This document shows, piece by piece, positions 25,006-36,789 of a stretch of DNA of 64,000 nucleotides (its first letter is position 1; each line of letters starts with the position of its first letter). Under the pieces are notes generated by a model. The model had not been told where the DNA came from and made no database searches. It saw nothing but the letters and a program-made list of their open reading frames with translations. The position numbers were made by a program, and so were the translations under genes. Source of the stretch: Camelus ferus (taxonomy: Eukaryota); the NCBI RefSeq assembly GCF_009834535.1, contig NC_045696.1, forward strand, positions 76,076,001 through 76,140,000, in the 5' to 3' direction.

Positions 25006-27344
25006 GGTTCTGGGTTCCAACAGCCTCACAGGGTCCCCACACCCCAGAGTGGCTCAAGAGGAGGGAAATAACCAGGAGCAATAAGAAGACACCTCGTGAA
25101 TAGGACCAAGGGAAAACCCAGCAGCTGGTGGGTGGATCAACAACTTCCCCACTTGGCTTTTCAGTCTAGTAGGACTGATACAGTGCTGAGGACCAGATCC
25201 CAAACCACTCCCCAATGTCCAGTAGCCCCACACTGACAATGTATCAGCAACTGTCCCTCAAGACTTAGACATCACTCCAAGGGGTCAGAAACCCTGAATT
25301 AACTAAGTTCTTGGCACCAGTCAGGGGCTCAAATTAGGAATGAAGCTGTTTTAGAATATGTGGAAGGTTATATTGCTTGGACAATGAGGTTTAGGAATTA
25401 AAATTTACACTAACAAATTCTGCAAAGCACTAACAGACAATCAATCAGGTATTTGTTCTCTTTTCCTGTTCCCCAACATTTCAAGGAATGATATAATCCT
25501 GAATAGAATCAATAAAAGCAGAGCTATCAGGTACAGACAGCCTTTTACAGATCTGCCTCTAAGGCTATAAAAATAATTCAAAGCACATGTTTCTCTTGAT
25601 GGCAGGAAAGTCATTTTACTGCCACACAGAAAGGACATCACATTAAAGAAATCATTTCTATGTACTTCCATCTATGACTTCTTATACCAGAGAAGGTTGA
25701 CAAAATTGTGATTCATTGGTGACCAATTTTTGGAAGGTGGGAAGATGGGACCAAGTGCCCACTTATCCACAAGTAGAGCATGTGTACTCTAGGGAGGAGA
25801 GAATGTCTTTCTCTGGTGACATTTAAGAAAACAGCAGGGACAGCTATCATTCAGTGTGGGATGACTGCAGAGTCGCCCAAGGCGGTGTCACTGTTGCTGA
25901 GAGCAGGGACGGAGACAGGGACAGCTCCCGGGGCTGAAGGAAATAGGTTAGGGCTGACAGCAGCCGCTGGTTAGCTTCCCTTGCCCACAACTGCCTCCCA
26001 CCCCACACGCTCTCTGGTTCCCCACCCTTCCCTCTCACCCCCTTGGACAGGGACCAGCAGCTCCTCTTCCTTCCTTTGGCTTACTTCCTCAGTCTCTCAC
26101 TCAAGTTGACAGGAACACAAATAGAAAAACTAAGAAAAGCTTTCCAGGCCAATAGATTATGGGAACGTGGAAAGCCTTGCTCCTGACTTCCTGGAGCTTT
26201 TTAACCCTAGATGCTGATATTCTGTACTAGACTACAGGCAATGTGGAGTCTGCATTAGTTTCTGGAGCATGATTTAATGTAGACAGATAAGAAATGCTAC
26301 TGTAATTCTGAAAATGTCTTAACTCTTTATTTATCTATCATCATCACAAATGAAAGGCTATCAGTCAAATTTATGGACAATTGATTCTTACTCTTTAAGC
26401 ATAAACACTTCTTTTTCATCTAAAATATATTCTATAATTCCTTCAGTTAATAAAAACACCCTATTAAGAATTATTACCATGTTTCTTGGTCAGCCAGAGC
26501 CACAGAGCTGGACCTCAGTGGCTAAGTGTTGCTGAACCCATTTTATGCCGTCAGAGAAAGCTGGGTCATAGGTTCCCCAAATAACGTCTTCAGAACTCTG
26601 TGCAGGTCTAATCCATGAGGCATCTTTTTGTCACATCCCATGCAATAGAATCTCACAGATAGAATCTCTGTGGGGCCAAGTCAGTTTCAGGGTTTCTCTC
26701 TGATAGTAACAAACTATGAGCAATTGCAGGGGAGAAGTAAGAGAGCAAAGTGTGGGCCAAAACCAGTCTAACCAGGTAAGGAATGGAGGAAGCTACTGGG
26801 AAGAGGTGAGAGCAACATGCCTGGTGAAGTTTGGAAATCTACTGCATGTAGTCTACTAGATGAACCGGTTTTCACTGGCTCTTCCACATGCAAGGTCACT
26901 ACTGCTTTAGAGGCTTCTTAAAGGGTGGCATGATTTTTGACACTGACATTGACATCATATTTATCCTCGTCACAAGCTGTTGATTCGAGATGTTTGGTCT
27001 CCTAAAGTCTCCCTCAATCCTCCTTGCTTCCAGCTTGATGTCAACTGTGATGGAGAAAGAATGAAAGGTGCCAGAAAAGCCCAGCACTATCCACACCCAC
27101 CACCAACAGCAGCACAGGTATCCCAGCTTGTCCCTTGCTGCCCTGATTCACCAGCCCTTCTGATTCTGTGTGTCACATGCTGGCTGGGGCCCCCTGGCCC
27201 CTCCTATACTGAGATGCATGGCCTTTAGATAATTATTTCCCCTCACTGCACCAAGGAATATATCACTTGTTTATCAAGTCACAGCTGTGTTCCAGGTGGT
27301 ATTTCTAGAAGTTAAAAACAAAACAAAAGAAAGCAAAAAAATTT

Positions 27345-28075
27345 ATTCTCCACCCTCCAGCCAGAGTGTTTTCATAACATGCAAATCTGATCATCTAAGT
27401 CCCCTTTGGCAGCTCCTCACCTTCCTTAGAATAAAGTTCAAAGTGCTTAGTGGGCCCTATGGGGTCCCAGGAAAACTGCTGGCTCTCCACTTCAGTCTCC
27501 TCACCCATCAGTCTCCCCTCATTCTCCATGCCCACCAGCCACGGGGTACTCAGTTCAGTCCTCAAACCAGCCCTGCCCTTCCTGGCCCAGGGCCTTGTCA
27601 TCCACAGCCCCTCCACCTGCAGCTCCTCCCCTGACAAAGAAACAAAACCGAAACATTCATCCTTCAGATCTCAGCTTAAATGACCACCCTGCAAAAGACT
27701 AAATCCCCTTGCAGTAGAGCACGCCCCAACCCCAAGATCCCTCACTCTTGCAATTACTCAACCGTCCAATGTCAGTCCTTCCTCACTAAGTTCCGTGGGG
27801 TTAGTGACTGGGCAGACACAGGCACCTGAGCTTCCCCAGCCAGGGAAAGGGACTGGCTCTTTAAGAAAAACAATACAATATATCTTACCTTGCACATTTT
27901 ATAAGAACGTATGCTCCATCATATGAACACTTTCCAGGGGCCTCAAAAAAAAAAAGGGGGCTGAGCTAGTGAGGGGACACAAAGTTTAATCTTCTTTAGC
28001 TTCATGGTGACTCTGCCTCTGGGCAGAGACTACATTTGTCTTGTTCACTGCTGTGCTCCTGGCACCTGACACAAT
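27345..28075 (+). mobile_element. L2 3' region interrupted by a hAT element
   Basis: cagccagagtgttttcataacatgcaaatctgatcat..cttagaataaagttcaaag..ccttcagatctcagcttaaat. The L2 resumes after 28021 with gggcagagac..tgtcttgttcactgctgt. Confidence 0.6.
27808..28021. mobile_element. hAT-Tip100 short element (Arthur1A-like), copy 2
   Basis: ctctttaagaaaaacaatacaat is shared with copies 1 and 3. The terminus is agtgaggggacacaaagtttaatcttctttagcttcatggtgactctgcctctg. Confidence 0.6.
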
Positions 28076-28310
28076 TTTATTTGGGTGACCATTGTTTATT
28101 AATTTTCTAATCACTAAATGAGGAAAAGTAGGAATTAGAGGATCTATATTTTTTTAACATTAATATATTATATATATATAGTATGTTGTATATATTTACT
28201 GGTAGAACTACTGCTATCCCAGCAGGAATGAAAGACGCACACTGACACCAGTTCTGGCTGCTTCTGATCTTCAGCTCTGACTCTACAGGAAGAAATCTGA
28301 ATCCTAATCA

Positions 28311-28458
28311 TGAGGTTCCTAATCAGGGATCCTTGACGAATCCACATTGCTCATAAAACTGGGAATATCCTTTCTATGTCCATGTTTCTGGGAGATGAAT
28401 CTGGCTTCCATCAAATTCTCAAAGTGATAAAAGACCTCCCCAAAATAAGAACAATGAC
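28311..28458. mobile_element. hAT-Charlie MITE (MER103C-like), opposite orientation to the 12731 copy
   Basis: tttctgggagatgaatctggcttccatcaaattctcaaag..gacctccccaaaataagaac. Confidence 0.45.
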
Positions 28459-28499
28459 TTCAGATTAGTCCAGGAAGTCTGCATGGAATCAGTGGAGAT

Positions 28500-28745
28500 G
28501 TCATAAAAGCTCAGACAGATGAGGGCTCATATTCCAGCCCTGCTTCTTAGTAGAAGAGGATCTTCATAATCTATTCAACCTCTCTGAATTTACTCAACTG
28601 TATGATGAGGCTATGAATACTTACTCACAAGGTGCCTGTAATAATACATATATCTACAGATGTATGTGTACACATTCATGGACACATAATGTATTATTGT
28701 CTGGCCCAGTTCTTGTCTCATAGTGCACAGTCAATAAACACGTGT
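28500..28745 (+). mobile_element. MIR SINE
   Basis: tcagacagatgagggctcatattccagccctgc..ttcaacctctctgaatttactcaactgtatgatgagg..acttactcacaagg. Confidence 0.6.
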
Positions 28746-28829
28746 TCTCTTCCCTTCTAAACAAATAGTTTTTCACTGCTTAGTATAATCTCTGTACTGG
28801 AGGTTAAATTATTTCAGAATAATATATTC

Positions 28830-28900
28830 ACTTACCCATCTATTCATTTCAAAAGTGTATTCAACATTTACTATGTGCCAAGCACAGTTCTAGGCACTGG
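28830..28900 (-). mobile_element. L2 3' end fragment
   Basis: cattcattt-like tail followed by tactatgtgccaagcacagttctaggcactggg. Confidence 0.6.
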
Positions 28901-29428
28901 GCAGGAGTAGGATGGGAACCAATGATCAATAAAATGACTAGAAGGACTGAAGACAAATCAAACAGATTGAAAAAAAATCAAGAAGCAGTTTTGAAAATAT
29001 CCTACCTCATGATGATAATGCATTCTCTCTTGGAGATGAGCCTCTCTGGCTGTCTACATTATTCCAAAATATCTGAATAAAAATGGAAAAAATATAGTCA
29101 GTCATGTGGCTTTTTATACAGAGGATAGCAATCATCCAGATGTTTCCAAATATTCATGTGTTCACTGTTATCCAGACAACTGTTTTGGAGGATTGAAATT
29201 TTCCTTCTCAATGACATGGCGTTGCTTTGGGTACACACAGTTTTGTCAGTTTCATGTTACAAATCAGTAACTATCCTGACTCTGACACAAGCCAAGTGCA
29301 ACTTGTGCTTGCAAAGCAAAACAACATCTGCCCCTCCCCCACAAGCAGTGAGAAATTATGAAAATAAGTGGGTCTTAAAGCCAACATAAAATTATTCAGG
29401 ATTAGTCTCTAAGTCTTTCTCTCTCTGT

Positions 29429-29448
29429 CACACACACACACACACACA
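29429..29448. repeat. (CA)10 microsatellite
   Basis: Directly visible. Confidence 0.9.
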
Positions 29449-29566
29449 TGCCCAGCTTCATCCCCCTCCACCCCACCAGCCTCCCCCCAGTCAGCCCCTC
29501 TATCTTCCCAGACTAGCGAGGCTTCCTTGAGCACACAAGCACTGACTACTGTCCCCTGTACACACC

Positions 29567-29756
29567 TGGGACTGCCAGATAAAATACATGACGCCCAGAT
29601 AAATTTGAATTTCAGATAAACAACAGATACATTTTTAGTATGCGTATGTCCAGATAGTGCATGGGACATACTTATTCTAAAACTATTCTTTGTTTACCTG
29701 AAATCTGAGTTTAACAGTTAGAGTCCTGTATTTTAATTTGTTAAATCTGGCAACCT
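29567..29756. mobile_element. MER53 palindromic hAT MITE
   Basis: Terminal inverted repeats tgccagat...atctggca. Internal arms aaatttgaatttcagataaacaa / ttgtttacctgaaatctgagttt and tatgtcc / ggacata. Matches the MER53 consensus as recalled. Confidence 0.85.
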
Positions 29757-31469
29757 CACCCCATCCCTTCCTGGAGCTGTGGCTTGTGACCTAGTTACTG
29801 CCCCTCTCACTCCTTTGGGCCTTAGCGTCATTTCCACCCTGGCATGTCCCAGTTCCCAGGATGGTGATTTTTCTCTCGACCCCACTTCAAATCCCTACTC
29901 TACCAAGCCCTGCCTTTGGAACACCACCACTGGGATTGCCCACCACTGTGCTTGGCAGAGCTGTCACAACTCCCAGCTTTTCTTTCTCAGGCAGCCAGAG
30001 CTCTTGGTCACTGGCCCCTTCTCCACCAGTGACCTCTGCTACCCTGAATCCCTTCCCTACCCAGGTCCCCTCTGACCTTATGGGACTGTGACAGAATCTG
30101 ACCCCTAAGCAGCCTGCCCTGTGGCTGCCCAAAGTCATTACATATAAATTCTCAGACCCCCTGATACAACCCTAACAGGACAGCACACTTAACTCACATG
30201 AGCCAATATAAGGATTAATTGCATTCACAAGCTAAAATGAACAAAAGAAGAAGGCCAAATGACGTAGTCAAGAAGAGACCACTTATTTCCTAAGAAGAAA
30301 TGTAACTAAATGGGAAAATATTTAATAAGCCAATAAATGAGTTAATAGTTGCACAAAACAACTATTTATCTCAGAGCCTACGTTCAACCACATAAACACT
30401 CATAATATCAAAGCTTTTTTATTTCCTCTAAATTTATCAAGGTCTCATTTAATTGCTATAAGCACCTAAAGACATGAACAAATTAACACATGAAATTGCA
30501 GGATTTTAGCTGATACATATTCATGAACGCATGTTGTTGTGATCAGGCAAATAATGACCTGAGACATTGATAAATTTGGTAGAAGCAAAAGAAAAACATA
30601 GCACACTGGTAGAATTCTCTGCAGATTGCAGATTGGAATCTCTGATAAGCCCTACTCTAGGTGATCATTCATAACAATTATTATATTTCTATAATTCCTC
30701 CAGGAGAGAGATCAGCAAATGTTTAATAAGTAAGCTTCATAAAAATACTGTCCCCAAAATACTTGAAGGCCAGATCAGTGCTAAAGAATGCTGGCTTCTT
30801 AGAAGGCTAATCCAGGCCCTGTTTCTGAGATTCAGTTTTGCATTCATACTGGTAGTCTTGCTTCTGTATCTATTGCCACTCAGAAAGGACTGACAGTTTT
30901 CCAAGCGTTTGTGGGAATCTCAAGTTACAGCTGTTCCAGGGTCTTCCAAATGAATGTCTTTTATTTGGATGGAAATATACAGCATATGTTGCTCACCCAG
31001 AGTTGCTACAGTGTAGTTATTTTTGAATCCCCAGCCTGCTGACCCCTCTTGTTAGAACCCATCCATACATAGCTCCTATTCATTGGACTCTTTGCTCTCA
31101 CCCAAGCAGGCAGTGCCCCTGTGAGCTAGAAACTGCACGTAGTCTGAACATCACTGGACTGGTCCTGATCAAAAAAAATCTGAGCAAATGCCCAAGGCAG
31201 ACAATGAAGCTGAGAAGCAGAGGCGCAGATCGTGACAGGCCTTACAAATGACTCAAGAAAGGGTGAAATTACACAGCACACATACGGGAACACTGATTAA
31301 TTCAGCTGATCTCAGAGTAAACTTCAGAATCCTTCTCAACACAGTATTTTGTTAGTCATTTCCAACCAAGTTGGAGCGAAAAAGCACTTCAGAGTTACTC
31401 GCTCCCCCCATTCAAATTGAGGTGAACCAGAGAGTTGGGCCCTGGAATACCACCAAAATAACGTTTTAA

Positions 31470-31660
31470 AAGTATTTACTATGTTTCAGAAATTACAGTA
31501 TATATATATGTATTTTTTAATTCATTTATTCCTTACAATAGCCCTATGATGGCTGCTCCATTGTATACTGCCCCAATTTGTAATAATTTGCTCAAGGTCA
31601 CATACGAGGAGGTGAAAGATCAGCATTCAAATGCAGGCTTAGCCCCCTTTACATCCTGGA
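31470..31660 (-). mobile_element. MIR SINE
   Basis: tcatttattccttacaatagccctatga...taatttgctcaaggtcacatac..gcattcaaatgcagg. Confidence 0.6.
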
Positions 31661-31864
31661 CTCCGCCGTTGTGCCGACAGCTGGGCTACCATTAAGTGGG
31701 GAGACATCAACAGCTGCATGTGGTGGGTAACTTCAAGGGATAACAGGAAAATCCTCTCTGCTCACAACGTCTTCAAGCTTCTCTCCCAACCCCGATCTGT
31801 TTGCTTTAACCAGAAGGAACAACTCTCTGGCAGAGAGGTGAGAGCATGAATTGCAGAGTCCCCG

Positions 31865-32050
31865 CTCAGCCGCTACCCAGGGGTATGACTTTGGGTAAGC
31901 AGCTTAGCCTCCCTGGGATGATTATGCTACCACCCCAACAAGACCGTGTGGGCATTAAATGAAACATGCAGAGAAGCACATCGTGAAAGTGGAGTTGGCT
32001 GTGTAAGGGATAATCGCTATTATTAAGAGCCAGAATTTGGTAAAGCACAT
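31865..32050 (+). mobile_element. MIR SINE
   Basis: gtatgactttgggtaagcagcttagcctccctgggatgattatgctaccacc...gggcattaaatgaaa. Confidence 0.55.
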
Positions 32051-32989
32051 GATTTCTCCCAGAGGTATTTGCATTTAGACAATGGTATTTTTACTGAGAT
32101 TCTGCGTGGAGTTGGGGGAGGGGTGGTGGTGGCACTTGGGAGATGGGACACAGAAGGGTCATGAGGAAGGGGCATAAGGATGCCCGACATGGCTGGAGGT
32201 GGAGAGAGGAACCTGGGGTCCTGCTTTCCACTTGTAACCTTGAGCAGCAATGGGGCTAGAACCATCATCCCCAGATACATAGACTAGATTTGTGTACTAC
32301 CTTTGTCAGAAAATCCCCAGCTATCAGACACTTTTCAATTAGCTCTTGTAAAATATAGATGGGGTCATCAGAAAGTAGTTATTACCCATGGAGATGAGGA
32401 CAGGAGCACAGGATCCTTTAGGAAGCACCTGGCAGTCTGAGACAGAGCCAGGGCTGAGAACAAATGTACACACTCCAATCCCCAGGGTTTTGTCAGTATA
32501 GACCAACAAAGGGAAATCTGAGGTTCTCCCACATTCACGTCAGCCCTTGCCCAGTAAACTCAAAGGCACCCTCTGGAGTCTTATCTCCATTTTTAGAAAA
32601 AGTCAGTCCAATCCTTTGTAAGTCAGCCAGACCCTCTGTGGGTGGCACTAACTGCTGTAGTCTGGGGGCAGTTCACCTCTGTCTCTGCAGGCATTTTGCA
32701 CTTTGCCTGGAGAGCTGTGGTCACTTGGGCCATCATCAAGCACAAGAGAGTACAGGAGATGACCGTGCAACCACCTTGAGCGCGGCTCGTACTTGTTTGG
32801 ACCACTCACAGAGCCTTACTTGGCAGCTGCTCCATAGGGTGAGTTGAACTGGACGGGATAGGATGCAACTGCAGAGCTGAACTGAACTGGAATCAGTTGA
32901 ACTGGTTGCCTTTTCTAACCCTGGACCAGGTAAGATGAGGTCTCTGTTTCCTTTCTGCCAGTGTCTCAGCCAGCCCTATCTTTATGCAC

Positions 32990-33266
32990 CCCTTCAGTGA
33001 ACGGAACACTCATCCGTCAAGTTGCTGGGAGTCTTTGATACCACTTCCTCTCCCTCACCTTCCCTCCCATCCAGTCCATCACCAAATCCTGCTCATTCTT
33101 ATCTCATGCTCACCTTAGGAAACCTTCACTTCTCTCCATCTTTGCCACCACCTTTGTCCGAATCACTGCCATCTCTCACCTTGAGCCATCATGCAGCCTC
33201 CTGAACCGTCTCCCTACATCTATTCTAGCCTCACTCCCCAGTCTACACCCTACTCTAAAGCTAATG

Positions 33267-33298
<32 letters not shown>

Positions 33299-33800
33299 GC
33301 GAAACATCAATATGATCGTATTCCCTCTTGGTAAAACCAAAGGGTTTCCCTCACCATTAAGTCCTCAGAGCACACCCGGGACCCTCCCTCCCAGGCTGCT
33401 CATGCTGCTCTGGCTCCACAGTTCCTCAAATGTTCCCTCCTGTTTCTGAGCCTTTTCTCACATCATCCCTTCAGCCTGAAACACTCTCCCTCTGAACTCC
33501 GATCCCTGCCCCACATTTTCCTATACATAATGATATCAGAAAACATGTTCTTCCTTCATGCTCTAGCAGGTCTCACAGCTATCCGCTCTCCTGGAATGCT
33601 CTTTTCTTCCTTCATAATGTGTATCAGAATTTGTAAGTATTTAGATGTGATTATTTTCATTAATGTCATTTCCCCACTAAGCAGCAATCCCTCTGAAAGC
33701 AGGGAACATGTCTTTCTGGCATACTATTGTCTCCCCAGGGCCTAGGACCAGGCCTGACAGATGATAAGGAATAAGAACCATTGTTGCTGAATGTTGTGTG
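32990..33800 (+). mobile_element. L2 3' region containing a (CA)14 at 33271-33298
   Basis: ttgctgggagtctttgatacc..ccatcaccaaatcctg..ttctctccatc..gcagcctcctgaaccgtctccc..tccccactaagcag..gcagggaacatgtct..ttgttgctgaatg. Confidence 0.75.
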
Positions 33801-34389
33801 AACAGATACCATAAGCTCAGCAAACAGCCAGTGACGACTCAGAGAGCAGGGGAATGATGAGCTGATATAACTCACGGACCTCTCAGTCCACCCCTCCTCC
33901 CATGTGCAGCTTACTTGTTTCTGCTTCAGAAATCTGGGGTTTACAATTTGCAATGACATTTAAAAGTAAGCAATAATACAGTAGGTCATAGAAATACTCA
34001 GTAATACTGTTGACAAGCTTTTATTATTGTGTGGAGTATTTTAGACTAGTTCATGACTTACAGGACATTGTTTAGAAAAGTTCCTGTCACACAGTCATTA
34101 AATGCTGATCTTAAGGGTGTGTCAGGGGCCAGTCTACACACTGCATCAGCTGGATCTCATAGCAGGCCAGAAAAGAGCTACCTGGCTCTGTTTAATGCCT
34201 CCTGTGATGGAGGAGGAGCACATGACCTCTATTCCACTGTGCAGCAGCTGCACTTGTTAGAAAGTTCTGCCTTCTGTTGTGCTGGTACGTGCCTCGCTGT
34301 ATCCCCTCCCCCCACTCTTGAACCAAATAACCCTAAATGCTCATCCACATGGCAACCCTTTAGTTACCTGAAGACCCCTGACAAGCTGC

Positions 34390-34530
34390 ATCTGAAGTCT
34401 TCTCTTCTATATTTTATGCTTTTGCTAGACTTGATTTTTTATTTATGGACCACATCTTGCTATTTTATTGCATGCATTCTTGTAAGCTGCCTTAAATCCT
34501 GTGTGGAATAAGGCCATATATAAATAAATC
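34390..34530 (+). mobile_element. Possible L4 (RTE-X) 3' end
   Basis: ttgtaagctgccttaaatcctgtgtggaataaggccatatataaataaat resembles the L4 terminus as recalled. Confidence 0.4.
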
Positions 34531-35267
34531 CTTGTGTCTTTCCTCTAGGCAACAACTCAAGTTCTCCACCTGACAGTCTCCTCACCAACCTTGCGTTATT
34601 ACCTCAGATTTATTCTCTGATCATTCTGACACTAGAATAGGAAAAAGCATAGGGCTATCCCCAGACTCGGTCTTTGCTTTAGACAGATACTGACAAATCC
34701 ATGGGAGGGTCTCTGGGTGCAGTGTCTTGGGACCAGTAGGCAGAGTTTGGGAAGATAAGAGCAGGTCCATCACTGCTATTTCGCACTTTTTTTTTTTTTT
34801 CCACAAAACAGTTCTCAACAACATGCTCAGGGTTTGGAAATCCATAAAACCACCCACCCCTGATACTTGAGGTGATAACCTGGCCTCCTATGTGAACTAG
34901 AAGACTAAGGTCACAGAACTAGAACTCCATCATGCCCCTCCACTCTAATCAGAGTCCACTCCCCCTCTTTCCTCCTTCACTGCTCTCTGTCTGCACCTGC
35001 TTTTGAAAGCTCTTGTCTCCACTCTGTCTTAATCCATTCCTTTCCACAATATGAGACCTGTTCCAAGTGTCCCTGTGACAGCGGTATTTCCATCTTTCCC
35101 TTACTGCTAGCTCCTTCCCTTCTGCATATAAAACACTCAGGTCCTCCCTAGTCTAAAATTTACTAATAATGAAATATTTAATATTATATCTTTGCCCCAA
35201 ATTGACATCCTAGCTCTTTTTGCTCAAGCATGAGTAAACCTCTAGGAAAAAGCACTGTGGTTATATG

Positions 35268-36789
35268 AGGGAGGGGTGTCAGGTTTTGTGGGGCCTGCAG
35301 GTTATACAATTTGGGGGTGAGAGAGGCCTTTAAAAATAAAGAATTAAAATTTACAAATAAAAACTCAGGTACAAAAGTGAATATTTATTTAGAATAAGGA
35401 AAATGTAACGAATTACATTTTTTTAAAAAATGAACAAATACTACAAATATCTAAAAATAATGTAGTATTTTTATTTATTAACTATTTGGCCTATACAACA
35501 TTTCCCCTACATTTTTTTACCTGCATTCTCTTCGACTGCTTTTTTATTTGTATTCAATCTGTTTTTCACTATAGTTACTTTTTTTAAAATGTGTTTATTA
35601 TTTGTAGTTTAGAAAAGTTGTATCTTCCTACTCCATTTTGGTAATATGCAAGTTTGCAGAATTTTTTTCTCAAATTTGTAAATATCTCTTATCAAGTTTC
35701 TTTTGTATCTGAGCTGAAAGATTTCAGAACTTTTCAAGTTCTTTTTTCTGCTGTGACTAATCTTAAATCTTCTTTGAGCTGACAACACCCATTAACCAGT
35801 TTGCCACCGATGTCTCATTACAGTGGTATATTATGAATTTTAGATTATTGTATCTGATAGGAGAGGATTTGCATTTTGACTGGGCCTTGACAAGAACTGG
35901 ATCTTCTGCTCGCAATTTTACACATCTCATAATTAGAAGGACGTTTCACACACTAGCTTCTGGCTCTGTTCATTTCAAACCTTTTCTCCTCCGCATTTTT
36001 CCTAATGCCAGGTGTCAAAAGACACATTCACACTTGGTGTCATTTCTGGATGAGTCAGCCCCCGTGGGTGAAGGGAGAATTCCTGGGACTGTTCATTGTA
36101 ACTTAACTATATGTTAACTCTGTGTGAACCACACAGACTATCCCCTTAAACCCTAACTCTAGTTCCCTCAGCGGATGCTCAAATGCCATTCATTCACCAC
36201 AGCAGGGGAATTGTGAATGCAAGAGGGCCTGAATGGAAAGATACAGTAGTCTTAACTGACTGCTGTTAAATACTGCTAGGGTCTGAATGTCTGTTCTCCT
36301 CCAAAATTCCTATGTTGAAAGTCTAATTCCCAATGTGGTGGCATTTGGAGATGGTATTTGGGTCCTTTGGGAAGGTTTTAGGGCTGGATTAGGACATGAG
36401 GGCAGCGATCTCCTGATGAGACTGATGTTTATATGAAAGAGGATTTGTCTCTCGTCTCTCCCAGCCTCTCACCTGGTGAGGGCATAGGGAGAGAAGATGC
36501 TATCTGCAGACCAGGAAGAGGGCTCAACCAGACCACGCTGGCACCCTGACATCAGACTTGCAGCCTCCAGAACTGTGAGAAATACATTTCTGTTGTTTAG
36601 GCCACTCAGTTTGTGCAGTTTGTTAGAAGCAGCCTGAACAGACTGTGTCAAATATCCCACATGTGTGAGTTTTACAGATTACATAACCATGGGAAGGCAC
36701 TGCTAGTACACCTGGGGCCTGGGAAAGGTCTGGGCAATTGCGCAGCTTCAAACTGAAGGCTAGTCTGCTTCCAGGTACGCCTGCCTGGG
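35268..36789. mobile_element. hAT-Tip100 element (Arthur1B-like), copy 3, interrupted by MLT1A
   Basis: Start caggttttgtggggcctgcaggttatacaatttggggg..tacaaaagtgaatatttatttag. It runs to cttaactgactgctgttaaatac and resumes at 36651 with text matching the end of copy 2. Confidence 0.7.
36274..36650 (+). mobile_element. MLT1A-type MaLR solo LTR
   Basis: TG...CA ends: tgctagggtctgaatgt...ccaaaattcctatgttgaaa...gctggcaccctgacatcagacttgcagcctccagaactgtgagaaatacatttctgttg...gactgtgtca. The 5-bp TSD is aatac/aatat. Confidence 0.9.

Noticed and set aside
32843..32905. GAACT/GAGCT pentamers as an Ig switch region or BovB/Bov-A tail
   Set aside because: Only a few scattered units over about 60 bp, with no long array and no adjacent Bov element.
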